From contig NC_057720.1 of the NCBI RefSeq assembly GCF_004010195.1, positions 28,807,986 through 28,871,985 on the forward strand: DNA of 64,000 nt, read 5' to 3'. The DNA is from Chiloscyllium plagiosum. Its lineage: Eukaryota. This document shows positions 38,982-50,994 of this stretch, piece after piece (the first letter of the stretch is position 1; each line of letters opens with the position of its first letter). A program made the position numbers and the translations under genes. Under the pieces are notes generated by a model. It did not search any database. It had not been told where the DNA came from and saw only the letters and a program-made list of their open reading frames with translations.

Positions 38982-39085
38982 AGTTCTGAAGCAAGGTCTT
39001 TGACCTGAAATGGTAACTATGATTGTCTCCCATAGATGCTGCCAGACCTGCTGAGTATTTTCAGCATTTCTTACTTTTTATATTA
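38982..39085 (+). mobile_element. Old PLE pseudo-LTR fragment with decayed hammerhead
   Basis: AGTTCTGAAGCAAGGTC.TTGACCTGAAA..TAACT then AGATGCTGCCAGACCTGCTGAGTATTTTCAGCAT; similar to reverse complements of 40270-40612 and 60275-60420. Confidence 0.6.
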
Positions 39086-39103
39086 GAGTCTGTAACAGGT
39101 TGT

Positions 39104-39397
39104 TCTTGAGGACAAAGATGTATTGTAATAGTAATTGGATATCTTTGTAAAGCTTTATTTATTTTAAAACCTTTTTGCGTATGAATCTCCTCCTCCATTA
39201 TGGCCAGAAACATAAGTATGGTAAATACTCCTAGAAGGTGTGTCTCATTTTCTTGAGGACAAAGATGTATTGTAATAGTAATTGGATATCTTTGTAAAGC
39301 TTTATTTATTTTAAAACCTTTTTGCATATGAATCTCCTCCTCCATTTTGGCCAGAAACATAAGTATGGTAAATACTCCTAGAAGGTGTGTCTCATTT
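39104..39397. repeat. Tandem duplication, 2 x 147 bp
   Basis: 39104-39250 vs 39251-39397; I see only two substitutions. Confidence 0.95.
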
Positions 39398-40269
39398 CAA
39401 TGTGTTTGTCATGCATTATCACCAGAATTCAGTAATCACACTGAACTGTTGCAAACTCTTCAATATTGTAGAATGTTAGCAATTAATGCACATAGACCAC
39501 AAAACAAATAAAGCTAAGCATTTCATTAGAAAAAAAGGTTGAACAAAGCATCTTCAATCATGTTGTCTATGAATAGTTCTTTCTTATGGTTTGTACTATG
39601 AATCAGGTTTTACAGAAATAATGACAATAAAACTGTCAGTCATCATTTTTGTTATAATTCGGAAGCTGCAGTAGCTCCTAGTGTGCGCACACGTTCTCAG
39701 TTAAAGACGGCTTTTGGAATATCACATTTCTGCAGTACAAAAATTGCATAGGTTCTTCTTATGATGAAAAGATTTCTTTAAAACTTCATTAATATTTCAA
39801 TATCCAACTTATTCCCATGCATATGCCCCAATCTTTATTTTGTTCTCTCTAATGTGAGAGATAATGTGCATCTTACCTCCTGGCTTGCTGTCCATGGGAA
39901 TTCTTCAATGCTCTCAATATTAAGTGCCACAACTGGATGTGTTTGGGTGGGAGAACATATAAAATAGGGAGGGTGGCTGTTCCATCAGCGAGGGGTGGTC
40001 TTTGCCTATTAGGAATTACCCACCCACACACCCCATTGCGAGAAGAAAGCAACCCTTCTTCCTTCCCATCCGCTTAAAGCTATCCTCCTGAGTTGCCAAC
40101 AAACTCATTCTCAAAGTTCTTGGACATACTTGGATCTAGGACCCATGTGGCCTCCAGCCTGGCCCTCCTCACAGGCCCAGCAGTGGCCATTATATCTATC
40201 AGTGATCAGTTGTTTGGACAAGTGGGACTTCCTCCCAGTGAGGGACAGAGGTCCCATTAAGACCTTAAT

Positions 40270-40612
40270 AAAAACAAAAGAACTGCTGACACTGTAAATC
40301 AGAAGCAAAAACAGAAATTGCTGGAAAAGCTCAGCACATCTGGCAGCATTTGTGGAGTGAAATCAAACAAAATCAGAAGTCACGCGACACCAGGTTATAG
40401 TCCAACAGGTTTATTTGAAATCGCAAGCTTTTGGAGTGCTGCTTCTTCACCTGACGAAGGAGCACACTCTGGAAGCTTGTGATTTCAAATAAACCTGCTG
40501 GACTATAACCAGCTGTTATGTGACTTCTGACTGTGTCCACCCTGGTCCAACACTGGCACTTGCGAGAGAAAAGCAACGTTAATACTTCGAATTGAGTGAC
40601 TGGTCCTCAGAA
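40270..40612 (-). mobile_element. Old PLE pseudo-LTR split by a palindromic PLE insertion
   Basis: GCTGGAAAAGCTCAGCACATCTGGCAGCAT... stops at about 40365 and resumes at about 40562 (GAGAGAAAAGCAACGTTAA...TCCTCAGAAC). Confidence 0.7.
40373..40560. mobile_element. Fold-back PLE pseudo-LTR insertion (second family) with decayed hammerhead at the centre
   Basis: TCAGAAGTCAC..GGTTATAGTCCAACAGGTTTATTTGAAATC is inverted as GATTTCAAATAAACCTGCTGGACTATAACC..GTGACTTCTGA; CTGACGA at 40451. Confidence 0.85.
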
Positions 40613-41356
40613 CACAATATGTTTTGATCATATTAAGCATCTTTTGTCTGTTGTGGAAACAAGTCTGCAGATAGAAAGTACTTCACAATATTTAATCAAG
40701 GTATGATCCATTGAAAAATTATTACCAAATTGTATAACTTTATTTTTAAACTGAGGTTAGAAACCATCAAAAATCTCTCAATTCTGATGACTGTTGCAGT
40801 TTTATTGCATGTTACGGTAAATTAAAGGGAGATTTGTGATTAATGTGACAGAATGACACACTTAGGACTGGACTTGTACATCTCCCACCCAGAGTTATTA
40901 GACCAACAATGTTACTCCCTCTAACCTGTGGACTGATTTTTTACATTATTAGTCTTCTATACATTTGGTCATATATGTCACATATGGAGGTTAAATACCT
41001 AAAAAGAGTTACATGACATCACGAGATAAGTTCTGCCCATCAGCATGTAAACAAATATTACTGGAAGGTGCTAACCTGTTTTGTGCTGTATTGTATCTGC
41101 ATTTGCTACCAAAACTGTTTGAGGATATTTCAGTGGTATGCATTTGGACTTACTATTGAGCATGATGTCTCACAAAGGACAATTATGTATGTCAGATGTA
41201 ATGTTACTCGCTATTAAATTAAATATAGTAAATCCACTTACTGTTCAAGATTGAATCTCTATTCTGCTGAAGATTTCGTGAAGACATGCTAGCCTACATG
41301 GTAGCAGTAGCTTAGAGGAATAACAGCGAAAAGGACTGGTAGGAAGGAACCGATAG

Positions 41357-41957
41357 GCAAAAGTGAGGACTGCAGATGCTGGAAATCAAGTCTAGATTAG
41401 AATGGTTCTGGAAAAGCACAGCCGGTCAGGCAGCATCCAAGGATCAGGAAAATTGACGTTTCGGGCAAAAGCCCTTCATCAGGACAAAAGGCAGGGAGCC
41501 TCCAGGGTGGAGAGATAAATGGGAAGGGGGTGGGGCTGGGGAGAAGGTAGCAAAGAGTACAATGGGTGGGTGGGGGTGGGGATGAAGGTGATAAGTCAGA
41601 GAGGAGGGTGGAGTGGATAGGTAGGAAGGAAGATTGGCAGGTAGGACAGGTCATGAGGATGGTGCTGGAAAGTTGGAACTGGGGTAAGGTGGGGGGAGGG
41701 GAAATGAGGAAACTGGTGAATTCCACATTGATGCCCTGGGGTTGTAGTGTTCCAAGGCGGAAGATTAGGCGTTCTTCCTCCAGGCATTAGGTGGCGAGGG
41801 AGTGGCAGTGGAGGAGGCCCAGGACCTCCATGTCCTCAGCAGAGTGGGAGAGGGAGTTGAAATGTTGGGCTACGGGGCGGTGGGGTTGATTGGTGTGGGT
41901 GTCCCAGAGATGTTCCCTAAAGCGCTCTGCAAAAAGGCGTCCAGTCTCCCCAGTGTA
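41357..41957 (-). mobile_element. PLE (Neptune-type) 3' end: GIY-YIG C-terminus plus pseudo-LTR
   Basis: Minus strand reads YTGETGRLFAERFREHL...VAQHFNSLSHSAEDMEVLGL...EEERLIFRLGTLQPQGINVEF. Confidence 0.9.
41455..41482 (-). ncRNA. Minimal hammerhead ribozyme core
   Basis: CUGAUGA-A-GGGC-UUUU-GCCC-GAA-ACGU-C. Confidence 0.65.
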
Positions 41958-41989
41958 TTATCTAAGGCTTCTCAGCCTCACAATAATAT

Positions 41990-43405
41990 GGTGTGGTTCT
42001 GTTCGCCGAGCCGGGAATTTGTGTTGCAGACGTTTTGTCCCCTGTCTAGGTGACATCCTCAGTGCTTGGGAGCCTCCTGTGAAGCGCTTCTGTGTTGTTT
42101 CCTCCGGCATTTATAGTGGTTTGTCTCTGCCGCTTCCAGTTGTCAGTTCCAGCTGTCCGCTGCAGTGGTCGGTATATTGGATCCAGGTCAATATGTTTGT
42201 TGATGGAATCTGTGGATGAGTGCCATGCCTCTAGGAATTCCCTGGCTGTTCTTTGTTTGGCTTGTCCTATAAAAGTAGTGTTGTCCCAGTCAAACTCATG
42301 TTGCTTGTCATCTGTGTGTGGGTCAGATATGTGGATGACACCGTTGTAATCATTAAAAACACAGAAATAGAAAACACACTCTGGATTATCAACGCCACAC
42401 TCACAGGAATCAGATTCACTAGAGAGGAAGAAAAGGACAACTAACTCCTATTCCTAGACGTGATGGTACAGAGAACACCGAACAGGGCAATCACCACAAA
42501 GGTATACAGGAAATCCACACACACAGAGACCAAGTCCTAAACTACGAAAGCAACCACCCCAACACACACAAAAGGAGTTGCAGCAAGACACTGTTCAAAA
42601 GGGCCACAACACACTGCAGTACACCAGAACTGCAAAAAGAGGAAGAAGAACACCTCAACAATGTATTCGCCAAAAACGGATACCCCCGCAACTTCATCAA
42701 CAGATGCCTAAGGGAAAGACAACGGAATGAGGACATGCCACAACCCAAAGGACTAGCCACGTTACCATACATCAAGAACATTTCTGAACTGACAGCCAGA
42801 CTATTGCGACAACTAGAACTCATAACAGCACACAAACCAACAGCCACGCTCAGACAACAACTCACCAAGACAAAGGACCCGATACCCAGCATGAGCAAAA
42901 CCAACGTAGTGTACAAAATCCCATGCAAGGACTGCACAAAACACTACATAAGACAAAAGGAAGACAGCTAACGATCCGTATCCACGAACACCAACTAGCC
43001 ACGAAACGACACGACCAGCTATCCTTAGTAGCCACGCACGCAGATGACAAGCAACATGAGTTCGACTGGGACAACACTACTATTATTGGACAAGCCAAAC
43101 AGAGAACAGCCAGGGAATTCCTAGAGGCATGGCACTCATCCACAGATTCTATCAACAAACACATCGACCTGGACCCAATATACCGGCCACTGCAGCGGAC
43201 AGCTGGAACTGACAACCGGAAGAGGCAGAGACAAACCACTATAAATGCAGGAGGAAACATCACAGAAGCACTTCACAGGAGGCTCCCAAGCACTGAGGAT
43301 GTCACCTAGACAGGGGACGAAACGTCTGCAACACAAATTCCCAGCTCGGCGAACAGAACCACAACTACGAGGCACCTGAGCTACAAATCTTCTCCCAAAC
43401 TTTGA
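41990..43405 (+). mobile_element. PLE (Penelope/Poseidon-type), 5'-truncated RT + GIY-YIG, preceded by an inverted copy of its 3' end; 12-bp TSD
   Basis: WVRYVDDT, FLDV..VYRK.TH, NGYP, LPYI, NVVYKIPCKDC..YI, RIHEH, AREFLEAW; 41992-42320 is the reverse complement of 43035-43363; TCACAATAATAT at 41978-41989 and 43406-43417. Confidence 0.95.
43290..43329 (+). ncRNA. Minimal type I hammerhead ribozyme in PLE pseudo-LTR
   Basis: GCA-CUGAGGA-U-GUCACCU-AGAC-AGGGGAC-GAA-ACGU-C/UGC: stem I GCA/UGC, stem II with one mismatch, GUC cleavage triplet. Confidence 0.78.
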
Positions 43406-43754
43406 TCACAATAATATATTGCTATAAAATTCCTATGTGCATCCTTGCAACCTGTGGTTAACTTTAAATAAGTACACTTAAATAGTGCATGGAAAATATT
43501 ACAGAAACATACTTATCAATGCAGTATCAAAAGAAATGGAAGGGAACTGGAAATGACATTACAGAGTAGTGCTGCAAAGGCATCAGTGTCTGGAGATTAT
43601 ATGGTACTTGGGACTGTGAGTGGAATAGAAGAAAACTGAAAAGCTGAGATGAAATTAGAAGTTAAAACTCTTGTGAGTGTGGAAGACAGAGGAAACATAG
43701 GCGAGATAAGCAAGAAACCAGTTTAGCAAGGCTAAATGGAATATACTTTAATGA

Positions 43755-44320
43755 TTTTGATTTGATTTATTGTTGTCACACATACCTAAATACAGTGAAA
43801 AGCTTCATTTTGCAGCAGTACAGGTACATCATAGCAAACAAAGACATTGAGATCATAAGGTGCTTAGACACCTTAGGCGACTGACTGTGTGGAGTTTGCA
43901 CGTTCTCCCCGTGTCTGCGTGGGTTTCCTCCGGGTGCTCCAGTTTCCTCCCACAGTCCAAAGATGTGCAGGTCAGGTGAAATGGCCATGCTAAATTGCCT
44001 GTAGTGTTAGGTAAAGGGGTAAATATAGGGGAATTGGTGGGTTGCGCTTTGATGGGTCGGTGTGGACTTGTTGGGCCAAAGAGCCTGTTTCCACACTGTA
44101 AGTAATCTAATCTAGACCAGTCTCCAATGCAAAATAGTGAACAGAGCAAGGCATCTAAGGTTATGACTGCACAGGAGCTGCACAAAAGCAACGTCAACAT
44201 TAGATTTGAATTTAGATGTCTTGAATCTAGTGGTGCATGTGTTCAAGTTCAAGAACAGCTTCTTCCCTGCTGTTATTAGACTGCTGAACGTAGCTCTCTA
44301 ATTTCAAATCTAATGCTGAC
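43755..44320. mobile_element. Probable Rex1/Babar-like LINE 3' end, partly inverted, interrupted by a V-SINE
   Basis: Minus-strand tail ...TGTGACAACAATAAATCAAATC; plus-strand KFKNSFFPAVIRLLN at about 44245-44290; CATTAGATTTGAA / TTCAAATCTAATG inverted pair. Confidence 0.55.
43872..44114 (+). mobile_element. V-SINE (HE1-like), 5'-truncated
   Basis: V-domain GTGTGGAGTTTGCACGTTCTCCCCGTGTCTGCGTGGGTTTCCTCCGGGTGCTCC; tail TAATCTAATCT. Confidence 0.92.
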
Positions 44321-44344
44321 CTTATGCTTCAGGGAACCTGTGGA

Positions 44345-45534
44345 ATAAGAAAAATGAGCTGGGGCAGAGATGGGCACCTAGGAGTATGATGCCAATTCAT
44401 AGCAATAAGCATTCACAGCAACCTTCAGCCAGAAGTGTCAAATGGATGATCGACCTCAGCCTCCTCCAGTGGTTGCTAGCATTACAGATCCCAGTCTTCA
44501 ACCGATTTGATTCACATGATGTCAAGAAACAGCTGAAGGCACTGCACATTGCAAAGGTGACAGGCCCTACAAACCTTCCAGCAATAGTACTGAATACTTG
44601 TGCTCCAGAAACTGCCACTCCCCTAGCCAAATTCTTCCAGTACAATTACAATATTGGCACTTACCTGACAACGTGGAAAATTGCTCAGGTATGTCTTGTA
44701 CACAGAAACAAGGACAAATTCAATGCACCATTCTACTTTTGATCATCAGTAACTTGTCTGAAGGTCTCATCAACAATGTTATCAAGCAGCACCTGCTCAA
44801 CAATAACCTGCTAGTTTGGGTTCCACCAGGGCCACTCAGCTCCAGACCTCATTGGTTCAAACATGGCCAAACAAGCTGAATTCAAAGATGAAATAAGAGT
44901 GACATCCCTTGACATCAAAGCTGCATTCAACTAGGTATGGCATCAAAAACTGCAAGCAAAACTGGAGTCCATGGGTATCGGGGCCAAACTCTCCACTGAT
45001 TATAATCATACCTGTCATACAGGAAGATGGTTGTGGTTAATGGAGATCAGTCATCTTAGCTGCAGGACATCTCTGCAGGATTTCCTCATGGTAGTATCCT
45101 AGGCCCAACCATTTTCAGCTGCATCATCGATGACTTTCCCTCCATCATAAGGTCAGAAGTGGAGATATTTGCCAATGATTGCACCATGTTCAGCACCATT
45201 CACAATACTGAATTCAACCATTTCTCAGATATTGAAGCAGTCCATCGTTAAATGCAACAAGATATGGACAATATCCAGGCTTGGACTTACTAACGACAAG
45301 TAACAGAGTCAAGAGTGTGTGCTGGAAAAGTACAGCAGGCCAGGCAGCATCCGAGGAGCAGGAGAATTGACCTTTTGGGCATAAGCCCTTCATCAGAAAT
45401 CTTATGCCCTAAATGTTGATTCTCCTACTCCTCAGATGCTGCCTGACCTACTGTGCTTTTCCAGCGCCACACTCTCGATTCTGGTCTCCAGCATCTTTCT
45501 CCTAAATGACAAGTAACATTCAAGCTAGGCAACG
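44345..45534 (+). mobile_element. LINE family B RT fragment
   Basis: KVTGPTNLPAIVLNTCAPETATPLAKFFQ..WKIAQV, LDIKAAF, GFPHGSILGPTIFSCIIDD; homologous to 7845-8291. Confidence 0.85.
45306..45507. mobile_element. Fold-back PLE pseudo-LTR insertion, decayed hammerhead, 11-bp TSD
   Basis: GAGAGTGTGTGCTGGAAAAG-like left arm with inverted CTTTTCCAGCGCCACACTCT; GACAAGTAACA at 45295-45305 and 45508-45518. Confidence 0.85.
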
Positions 45535-47915
45535 AGTCATAGAGTCATACAGTAAAACAGCATGGAAACAGACCCTTCAGTCCAACTTGTCTGCACCGAC
45601 CAGACATCTCAATCTGACCTAGTCATGTTTGCCAACACTATGACTCATATCCCTCTAAATCTTTCCAATTCATATACCCATCCAGATGCCTTTTAAATGT
45701 TGTAATTGTACAACCTCCACCACTTCTTCTGGCAGCTTGTTCCACACACGCATCACCCGCTGCATGAAAAGGTTCTCTCAGGTCCTTTTTACATCTTTCC
45801 CCTCTCACCCTAAATCTATGCCCTCTATTTGTGGACTCCCCACCCTAGGAAAAAGACCTTGCCTATTTACCCTATCCATGCCCCTGATGATTTTCTAAAT
45901 CTCTTTAAGGTCACCCCTCAGCCTCTGATACTCCAGGGAAAAAAGACCCAATCAATTCAGCCTCTCTCTGTAACTAAACCCTCCAGTCCTGGCAACATCC
46001 TTGTAAATCTTTTCTGTACCCTATAGAAGGGTGCCCAAAATTGCATGCAATATTCTGAAAGTGACCTCACCCATATCTGCAACATGACGTCCCAACTCCT
46101 CTTCTCAATGTTCTGACCAATGAAGGCAAGTATGCCAAAAGCTTTTTTCATCACCCTGTCTAACTGCAACTCCACTTTCAAGGAAATGTGCATCTGCACC
46201 CCTCAGTTTCTTTATTCAGCAAAACTCCCCAGGGCCCTATCATTATTGGTACCAGTCCTGCCGTAATTTCCCCAATCAAAATGCAATACATCACACTTAT
46301 CTAAATTAAACTCCATCTACCAGTCATCAGCCCATTGGCCCATCTGGTCAAGGTCCTGTTATACTCTTAGATAACCTTCTTCACTGTTCACTACACCATT
46401 ACGTTGGTGTCATCTGCAAATTTGCTAACTATGCCTGCTATATTCACATCCAAATCATTTATATACATGATGAAAAGGAGTGGACCCAGCATGGATTCTT
46501 GTGGTACACCACTGGCCACAGGCCTCCAGTCCAAAAAACAACCCTCTACCACCACCCTCTGTTTCCTACCTTCAAGCCAATTTCATATCTAATTGGCTAG
46601 TTCCCCTGTATCGCATGTGATCTAATCCTCCTCACCTGAATACCATGCAGTACCTTGTTGAACACTTTGCTGAAGTCCATATAGACAACGTCTACCACTC
46701 TTCCTTCATCAATCTTATTTGTCACCTCTTCAAAAAACTCAACCAAGTTAGTGAGACATGATTTTCCTCTCACAATAACCCCAAGATTCCTCCGTGTATC
46801 AATGTGCCTAAGGGCTCAGCCACTTGTGGTATAGTTTCCTCTTGCATTTGACCTCCCAAAATGCTTCACCTCACACTTGTCCACATTAAAATCTATCTGC
46901 TATTTCTCCACCCAACTTTCCAACTGATCCATATTCTACTGCATCCTTTGACAACATTCTTCACTGTGAACAACTCCACCAATTTTTGAGTTGTCTGCAA
47001 ACTCATTAATAAGACAGCCTACCTTTTAATCAACATCACTTATTACAAACAACAGAGATCCTAGCTATGATCCTTGTGGAACATCACTGGTTATAGACCA
47101 GTCAGAAAAATACTCCTTCACTATTATTCTCTGTCTTCTATGATCAAGTCGATTATGTATGCAACTTACCAACTCATGATGGATCTCCTGTAACTCAATC
47201 TTCTGTGACCAGCTGACCATAACGGATTTGGTCAAATGCTTTAGTGAAGTCCATGGAGACAACATGCACCGCCTTACCTGCATCAACCATCTTCATAACT
47301 TCCTCAAAAAACTCAATCAAATTTGTGAGACAAGACCTCTCCTACACTAAGCCATGCTGACTATCACCAATAAGTCCATTCTATTCCAAATTTGAGTAAA
47401 GCTTGTTTCTAAGAATCTTCTCCAATAATTTCCCTATCACTAATGTAAGACTCAGCAATCTATAAATCCAAGACGATCTTCCTAAACAAAGGAACAACAT
47501 TGGCTATTCTCCAGTCTTCTGAGACCTCACCTTTATTTAAAGAGGATACAAAAATATCTGCCAAAGCCCCAGCAATCTCCTCTCTTGACTCCCTATTTAT
47601 CATGGTATAGATGCCATCAGGCCCTGGGGACTTATCTATATTAATGACTTTCAAGACACACAGAAACTCCTCCTTTTAATATCAACATTCCCAAGAATAC
47701 CAACATACCCCTCTGTATTCTTACCATCATCCATGTCCTTTTCCCTGATGCAAAGTACTCATTAAGGACTTTACCCATTTCTCTGCCTTCACACGTATGT
47801 TCCCTCCTTTGCTCTTGAACGAACCTATCCTTTCCCTAGCTTCCCTCTTGCTCTTGATATATGTATAATATGCCTTGAATAATAATATAAAATCTTTAAT
47901 CCTACTTGCCAAGTA
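45535..47915 (-). mobile_element. Two adjacent CR1 fragments (about 45535-46765 and 46775-47915)
   Basis: Two separate RT motif sets on the minus strand (SKFADDT near 46410; FADNS near 46995), plus KSPGPDGIY and EDWRIANVVPLF. Confidence 0.88.
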
Positions 47916-48140
47916 CATTGACACTTTTCATTGAACCAGGGCTGATCTCCTGGTTTGATGATAATGGTAGAGTGGGCGATATGCCGGCCATTACATTGCA
48001 GATTATATTGGAGTGTGAGTCTGCTGTTGCTGGTGGCCCTCAGCACCTCATGAATGTCCAGTTTTGAATTTCCATATCTGTTCAAAGTCTGTTATGTTTA
48101 GCATGGTGATAGTGCCACACAATACAATGTAAGGTATTAT
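47916..48140 (-). mobile_element. LINE family B endonuclease-RT linker fragment
   Basis: RHIAHSTIIIKPGDQPWFNEKC. Confidence 0.6.
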
Positions 48141-48278
48141 TGAAGAAAAGTTGGCACCAATCATATACTGGTGCAACTTGCTTTGTATACCTCAAAACAG
48201 TCCTCCAAAATGACCATTATGTTGATTTCCAAGTATTGCTTTTTTTCTTGGTTTTCCCTCTGGGTAGGCAGGAGCTAC

Positions 48279-48820
48279 AGAACAGAATCTTCCCAACTCC
48301 TGAGAAAGTTAGGAGAATTGTGTGAGACTGGCAGTGAGGAGCTTTCCCCAAATGAAGAGCGAATATGCTCCTTTGTCCAACCAAGTGTTGAATTGCGAGG
48401 CGAGATTCTCACTGTTTGGAACGTAGCTACATAAAAATGATGCGAGACCCATCTGCATGCATTGGTGTGCATAACCATTTCACTATTACCTAATCTCACC
48501 TCACTAATATCTGGTTTCCCATTCTTCATCTCACTGGATAGAGACTCAGTGGTTAGAACTCCTGACATCTGACATGTAAGTCAGAATGGTTACTTGGTGA
48601 CTCCAGATCAGTGCTTCCGTCTCTGGACCTGCACCAGTCACCAACATTCAGGACACACTCCATGAGAGGGGACGACATGCACCCTGCACCTCACATTCAG
48701 CAGGACTTCCAGATTTCATATCGCAGAGTGGGTGCCAATTACTTGACATGTTTGCCATGTCCAGGGCAAATTAAACTTGTTGAAAATAACACTTAGTCAA
48801 TTTCTGGTAAGATTCAGCCC
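48279..48820. mobile_element. Probable PIF/Harbinger-like non-autonomous element
   Basis: Degenerate TIRs AGAACAGAATCTT ... AAGATTCAGCCC. Confidence 0.4.
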
Positions 48821-49519
48821 ACAGTCCTTTAGATTATTTCAACTTTAAAATTGACCAGATGAATTACAATGGTCTTTTCCTGGAATGTGCATTCACGTTG
48901 CACGCATTTCTGTGCTAATATTAGTTTAACATCAATATTCTATGAATGATGATAGTATAAACCTTTTTAAATGATTTAATCAGCTAATTGCTCATGGAGG
49001 GAATATGTTTGCAGAGGCATATTTTTGGAGAGGCTAATTAAACACGAGCATTCAAATATCAGAACAATAATTTATCAGTTTATAAGACAAAGTAATTTTC
49101 TTGTGTCCACAACATAGAAGGATTATTTATGATTTTATTAGTTGCATATTTCTGGTGACTTTATTAAACTTTCAAAACAATTTTTTTCACAAAATCAATT
49201 TGCCTAATTGATGTGTACACACAGTAGGTTAATAGCAAAATAAATTTTATTAGGCTGCCTCAGGAGGAAAGCAATCAACTTTGTAAGAATCAATCACGTA
49301 GCCTTACAAAACATTGGCACTTCTGTGATTAATGCATATTATTACTCAGTAACCAATGAGTCAAATTTACATATGAATATATAAACACAGGAGTTAGGAG
49401 CAGCAATAAGCCATTTAGCCATTTGAAACAAATTCATTACATCATAAGATCATGACTGACTTGATTATAATCCCACATTCCCAACAACCCCTAATAGCCT
49501 TTCATCCCTTTACTTGCCA

Positions 49520-49747
49520 AGAATTTTCTTTATGCAGAGAGTTGTGAATGCATTGAATGCATTGCTAGCTGTGGTGGTGGAAGCAAAGTCATTGGGGACA
49601 TTTAAGAGACTGCTGGACATGCACATGGATAGCAGTGAGTTGAGGGGTGTGTAGATTAAGTTACTATATTTTACATTAGGATTAAATCTCAGCACAACAT
49701 CATGGGCCAAAGGGCCTGTTCTGTGCTGTACTTTTCTATGTTCTATG
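49520..49747 (+). mobile_element. Short CR1 3' end within an older minus-strand CR1 (about 49390-49902)
   Basis: NFLYAESC/RVVNA region and (TTCTATG) tail, similar to 56230-56430. Confidence 0.82.
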
Positions 49748-49902
49748 AATCTATCCACATTTCCTACTAAGACAATACAACCATTATAGGTATTGTTCTA
49801 GTAAACCATCTTTGAACTGCTTCCAATGCTTTTACAGCTATCCCTAAATAAGAACATTAATATCATACACAGCATCCCTGATGTGGTCTCATCAGTTCCC
49901 TG

Positions 49903-50533
49903 TGTTATGGACTAGGTCAGAACACTCAAAACATTCCTAAGCAGGCTGCCCAGACTGTAACATTGCTATTTGTTTCAGTAAGTGGACAGTGAAAATTAGC
50001 CAAGTAAGTTAGCTAGGTTGACTACCAGGTTTTAAAACAGACGAAAATGTATTTACAAAATTACGGAGTGAAACACAAAGTACAGAAAATAGAATACCCA
50101 CTAAAATTCAGTCTATCCAAACTAGACTTAATTCTGCCAATGTGCAACAGTCCCAATAAACAAACCCATTAAATACAAAGTAAAAATGAAACAAAGGCTT
50201 ACAGGTCGAAGTTAAAAGGGCAGAAAGAGAGAGAGTCTAGCAGCCTGTTTCCACACAGTCCACTGATGAAATGACTCCAACAACAATTCAGCTTTTAGGA
50301 CTGCCCACTCGCCTTTCAATATACAGGTCACTTCTAAAACATGAAAGCTGTGCCCTAAAGTCTCATCTGTTTATATATAAACAAAAAAGCCTCTCAGTGA
50401 ACCCTTTCATCGCTGTACCAAACCAGTTGTTTCAGAGCCCATACTATTTTACGACCACTCTGAAAAAAATCCAAGGAGACAGTATCCTTGAGAAAAGGAA
50501 CAGCTTTTAGAAACAAGAACCATCTTTGTCACA
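49903..50533 (-). repeat. 3' LTR of the Gmr1-like element
   Basis: TG...CA termini; colinear with 58735-59373. Confidence 0.92.
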
Positions 50534-50544
50534 CTTCCTCCCTT
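50534..50544 (-). other. Polypurine tract
   Basis: Minus-strand AAGGGAGGAAG immediately before the 3' LTR. Confidence 0.85.
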
Positions 50545-50706
50545 AAAAAAAAGTTAACCATCAATATCAAAAGATGGCTTTATTTTTAAAACCCCTCAAA
50601 AAAATTGGTTAACACTCTAAAACACACATATCCACTCCACTGACTATACACATGCAAACATGCACGACCACATTTGAATTCAAGCCATGGCACACCCACC
50701 ACCGAA

Positions 50707-50994
50707 CGTTTGACAGCCTAAAAACCACTGCCCCAGTCTTAGCCACACCAGATTATGCGAAGCCTTTCAAGTTGGTTATCGATGCCAGTGATGTGGGTGT
50801 CAGTGCTGTGCTCCTGCAGGAGGATGACGAGGGGATAGAAAGACCCATTGGGTATTTTTCAAGGAAGTTGAACATTCAGCAACAGAAATATTCAAAAGTT
50901 GAGAAAGAGACTTTGAATTGGTGTTGGCATTACAACGTTTCAGTATTTATATTACCAGCAACACATCTGAGACAATCGTATATACTGATCATAA
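50707..50994 (+). pseudogene. Gypsy RT-connection/RNase H segment, inverted relative to its element
   Basis: FDSLK..APVLATPDYAKPFKLVIDASDVGVSAVLLQE...PIGYFSRKL..YSKVEKE...VYTDH. Confidence 0.9.

Noticed and set aside
39061..39360. ORF with an internal 49-aa repeat
   Set aside because: A by-product of the 147-bp tandem duplication; no protein similarity recognised.
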